DNA of 64,000 bases. Origin: Octopus vulgaris (taxonomy: Eukaryota). Both the position numbers and the translations under genes were made by a program. This document shows positions 60,801-64,000 of this stretch, piece after piece (position 1 is the stretch's first letter; each line of letters begins with the position of its first letter). The stretch is from contig OX597818.1 of assembly GCA_951406725.2 (NCBI GenBank), positions 47,306,001 to 47,370,000 of the forward strand, written 5' to 3'. Under the pieces are notes generated by a model that had not been told where the DNA came from, did not search any database, and saw only the letters and a list, made by a program, of their open reading frames with translations.

Positions 60801-62652
60801 TAACTTTGTCTTTCATTGTTTTTGAAGTCAATATTCCATATTTACTCATAAGTCACACTTCTAAATCTTGGTACAAAATTTTTTCCTTTCATAGTTTAGC
60901 TTCGGCCCATGTACAACCACACCCCGGTTCTCTTCAGTTGAAGTATAAAATAGTGTGACTTATACACAACTGACTTATTCGTGAGGTTTTATTTAGTTGT
61001 CCCACCCCACTATGAAAATGGTTTAGTACTGAGTTGAAGAAATATTTTCATATTGTTCATAATGGCAGTTCAATAAATTAACATTAAAACATGCACAGAG
61101 AAGGGGAAGTTTTATTACTGAGGTTGCACAAAAAGTTAAATCGAACCCTACACTTGTTTCTGTTCATGCTTACTGATATAACGACATGAATGATCTCATT
61201 TACATTGACATGAGAACTGGGAAAACTTACAAAAAAAAAAAATTAAAAAACAGATGCTTTCAATGGGAGGACGGACAATCAAGATTTTTTTTTTTTTAAA
61301 TGCAGAATGTTTTGGGGAATTGTCTGGACAAAAGAGCAGCTGGTTGGACCAATCTGTTTCTCTTGATTTCAATCTGTGTTGTGAATTCTCACTGCCATAT
61401 TTTCTTTATCAACAGTTCTCTAACATCGATTCTGGCCATCTTCTGTAAGAAGCTTGCTCTTGGTTTGTATGGTCATTCTATTGCTTAGTAATAATGTCGG
61501 TCTTACACTAGGGTTGTCTGTTGGTAGTCTCTCTAATTCAACAACATATATTTTACAGCCCCGTTTTTTTTTACCCCCCAAAAAAATTGTCTTGAAAATC
61601 AATGAAATTAAATTTTGTGGCTGTAAAACAAACTTAGTCACATTTTATTTCTCCATAACTTTTCACTCTCATTAACAGAAATATTTCCCTTCCCAACTTA
61701 ACATGCATTATATTTTTCCTACTTCCAGGCCATTTTCCTTAATGACATTACTGTATTGCCAAAGTAAAATAGTTTGTATTACTAAGAAACCTCATCCTTG
61801 TATGCACTCTTTGGTAAGTTTCCACCATAACAACTTTTTATGCAAAGCTGGAGAACTGGAAGTTTGAAAGTACTTTTTGTTAACTTCATCATCTTTGAAC
61901 TGCCGTAGTCTCCTTTTTCCCTTTCCACCATACAAATGCTAGGTAAGTGGGTATTGGCACATTTAACAGATATACAGATCATTAAAAAAAAAAAACTAAA
62001 ACAAGTATAATGTGGCAAAAAAAAAAAAAAGAAATAATATTATTTCTTTTCGAAGCAGATGCCAGATAGGTTTCTTCGTTTGTTTTAACATCCTCAATGA
62101 AGTGTAGCCACACTGCAATTTGTGTAAAGTAAAACAGTTTATATCTGTTGGTGTAGGAAAATAGAATTTCCTTTTAGAAATTAATTTTCAGATGATATAT
62201 CCTAAGCTGTACATCTGTAACATTGACAGATGTAAATATACTTTGGTCAAGTCCACCCAATGAAAAGCAAAATTAGGAAATGAAATGTTGAGAAAAGATT
62301 TATCGCTAAGATAAAATCAAATTCTAAATCACCAGTAATTAATAAAATACTGTCTCTGGTTCTCGGTGGGGTTGGTTACCAAGGTGTATAAGTGTCCAAG
62401 ATCACAACATTCCCCCTTAATGGGATACTAGTCCATTGTGGAATTACTCATTTACAGCTGAGTGAGCTAGAGTAATGTGAAATGGTGTTTTGCTCAGGAA
62501 CACAACATACCACATGGTCTAAGTATGAAAGCCATGATCTTGCAACTGCGCCTTCATAATTGCTAGAGTAATTAAAAATAATGCTCAAGTATTAGTACAC
62601 TGACTTGTCTAATAATCAGATCTTATTTAACCTAAAATATATTTAAATTAAA

Positions 62653-62729
62653 TTTTTTTTTTAATCAGAGAATTGAACCAGAATATCCAATTAAGATATT
62701 CTGGTTCAATTCTCTGATTAAAAAAAAAA
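62653..62729. repeat. Perfect 35-bp inverted repeat with 7-nt loop
   Basis: T10-aatcagagaattgaaccagaatatc caattaa gatattctggttcaattctctgatt-A10. Confidence 0.95.
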
Positions 62730-62923
62730 ATTTTTTTAACTTTTTTCTTTCAAATTAAAAACAAACTCTAGTATGTTTGCAGAGTTGACAAAGATAGCAA
62801 CACAATTGAAATCTCGGGAATAGTTAAGTTTCTTTATATTGTAGAATTTGAAATTTTAATATTTGTTGCATAGGATACTTCATAGAGAAGATAATTGATA
62901 CTTTTAAGATATTCTTCTAAAGT

Positions 62924-63142
62924 TAGGTGGTCAACTGGCAAAATCATTAGCACACCGGGCAAAATGCTTAGCAGCATTTTGTCTGTCTTTATATTCTGAG
63001 TTCAAATTCTGCTGAGGTCAACTTTGACTTTCATCCTTTTTGAGGTTGATAGAATAAGTACCAGTCAAATTCTGGGCTCAATGTAATCGACTAACCCCCT
63101 TCTCCTCAAAAACTGCTGGCCCCATGCCAAAATTTGAAATCA
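62924..63142 (+). mobile_element. SINE family B variant
   Basis: ctggcaaaatcattagcacaccgggc...gagttcaaatt...gactttcatcc. Confidence 0.75.
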
Positions 63143-64000
63143 TCATATGAAGCAGGTGAAAATTTAGTTTCTATTACTACAGAAGTTGATAGAGCTAATG
63201 ATATCCCAATCTCATTCTGTACAATTCAAATACATCTATAGTTGAAGCTTTTAAAGACTTTATTTCATATTTTTTTTGCTTTCAGCAAGTTTTTTTTTCT
63301 TTTCTTTTTTATAATCTCAGGAAATCAGTCAGTATTTTGTGAACATTTGTCAATGGTTCGACACGACCATAACAGTCCTGGTTGAATCAGTGGTTTCAAT
63401 CTTGAAATATATACCCACCCACTGCAAATTCTATAAAGTGCTGAAGACAAAACTGTCAGTAAAAGAAATCTGAAATTTTTTTTCCCCCACTTTTCAAAAG
63501 ATTAAAACATTCCTATACTATGTTTAGAATTTCTCAAAGCAGCCTCATTAAACTACCATTGAGAAAGGTACAAATATTGTACCTTTTTTTTTTTTTTAAA
63601 TCCCACCCACTTTCCAATAAGTCTTAAATCTACTGATGTAAAAGCACTATTATTGGAATCATTACTTTGAGTATTCAGTAAAAAGAGTCCACCAAAAATT
63701 TATTACAAATTTCAGATTTATACCAGCAGTACTTCTAAAAATAAGTCTTAGTAATATTAACTATTATGAACTTAAACTAAGATCATGGTACTCCAAGCAT
63801 ACTTGGAACTCTAATTGTTACTTTAGTAACTAAAGAACTGTAAAATTATTTAGGTTTGAAACCTTTCTTTCAACCAAACTCTAGCAGATTTGATCTTTTA
63901 ATGAGAAAGTAATATATACTTTTGTTTTGTACTTTTGGGTAACAAAAAGTTTTATTTGAGAAATGTTAGTTGGAAAAACTTGTTTTACACGACTTAGCTG

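Noticed and set aside
63564-63586. 10-bp hairpin followed by a T run (terminator-like)
   Set aside because: Eukaryotic AT-rich context; short enough to be chance.

Overview
AT-rich, microsatellite- and SINE-dense animal genomic DNA. The repeat families (tRNA/CORE-type SINEs, RTE LINE with a (GAT)n tail) look like those of Octopus; this is inferred, not confirmed by a search. The window holds one host gene: a + strand tetraspanin with six phase-0 GT-AG coding exons (7409-7609, 29514-29588, 40413-40517, 47700-47876, 53621-53704, 54804-54950). These give 262 aa; the start exon was not found and probably lies upstream. The introns contain SINEs, a 5'-truncated RTE LINE, CR1 and Hero-like LINE remnants, mariner/Tc1, piggyBac and pogo MITEs, a Helitron-like element and a 40 x 26-bp minisatellite. 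The most notable unannotated signals are four. (1) Several type I hammerhead ribozyme motifs in one intron, including a 339-nt tandem retrozyme-like unit (8249-8790) and a minimal hammerhead with an intact core inside a 118-bp foldback (12625-12880). (2) Locally templated DNA patches joined to 3'-truncated SINEs. (3) A tyrosine-motif/PDZ-type C-terminal tail on the tetraspanin. (4) One LINE 3'-UTR motif amplified at 26, 67 and about 160 bp periods. Most ORFs in the supplied track are repeat artefacts. Repeat boundaries are approximate unless a TSD or TIR is quoted.
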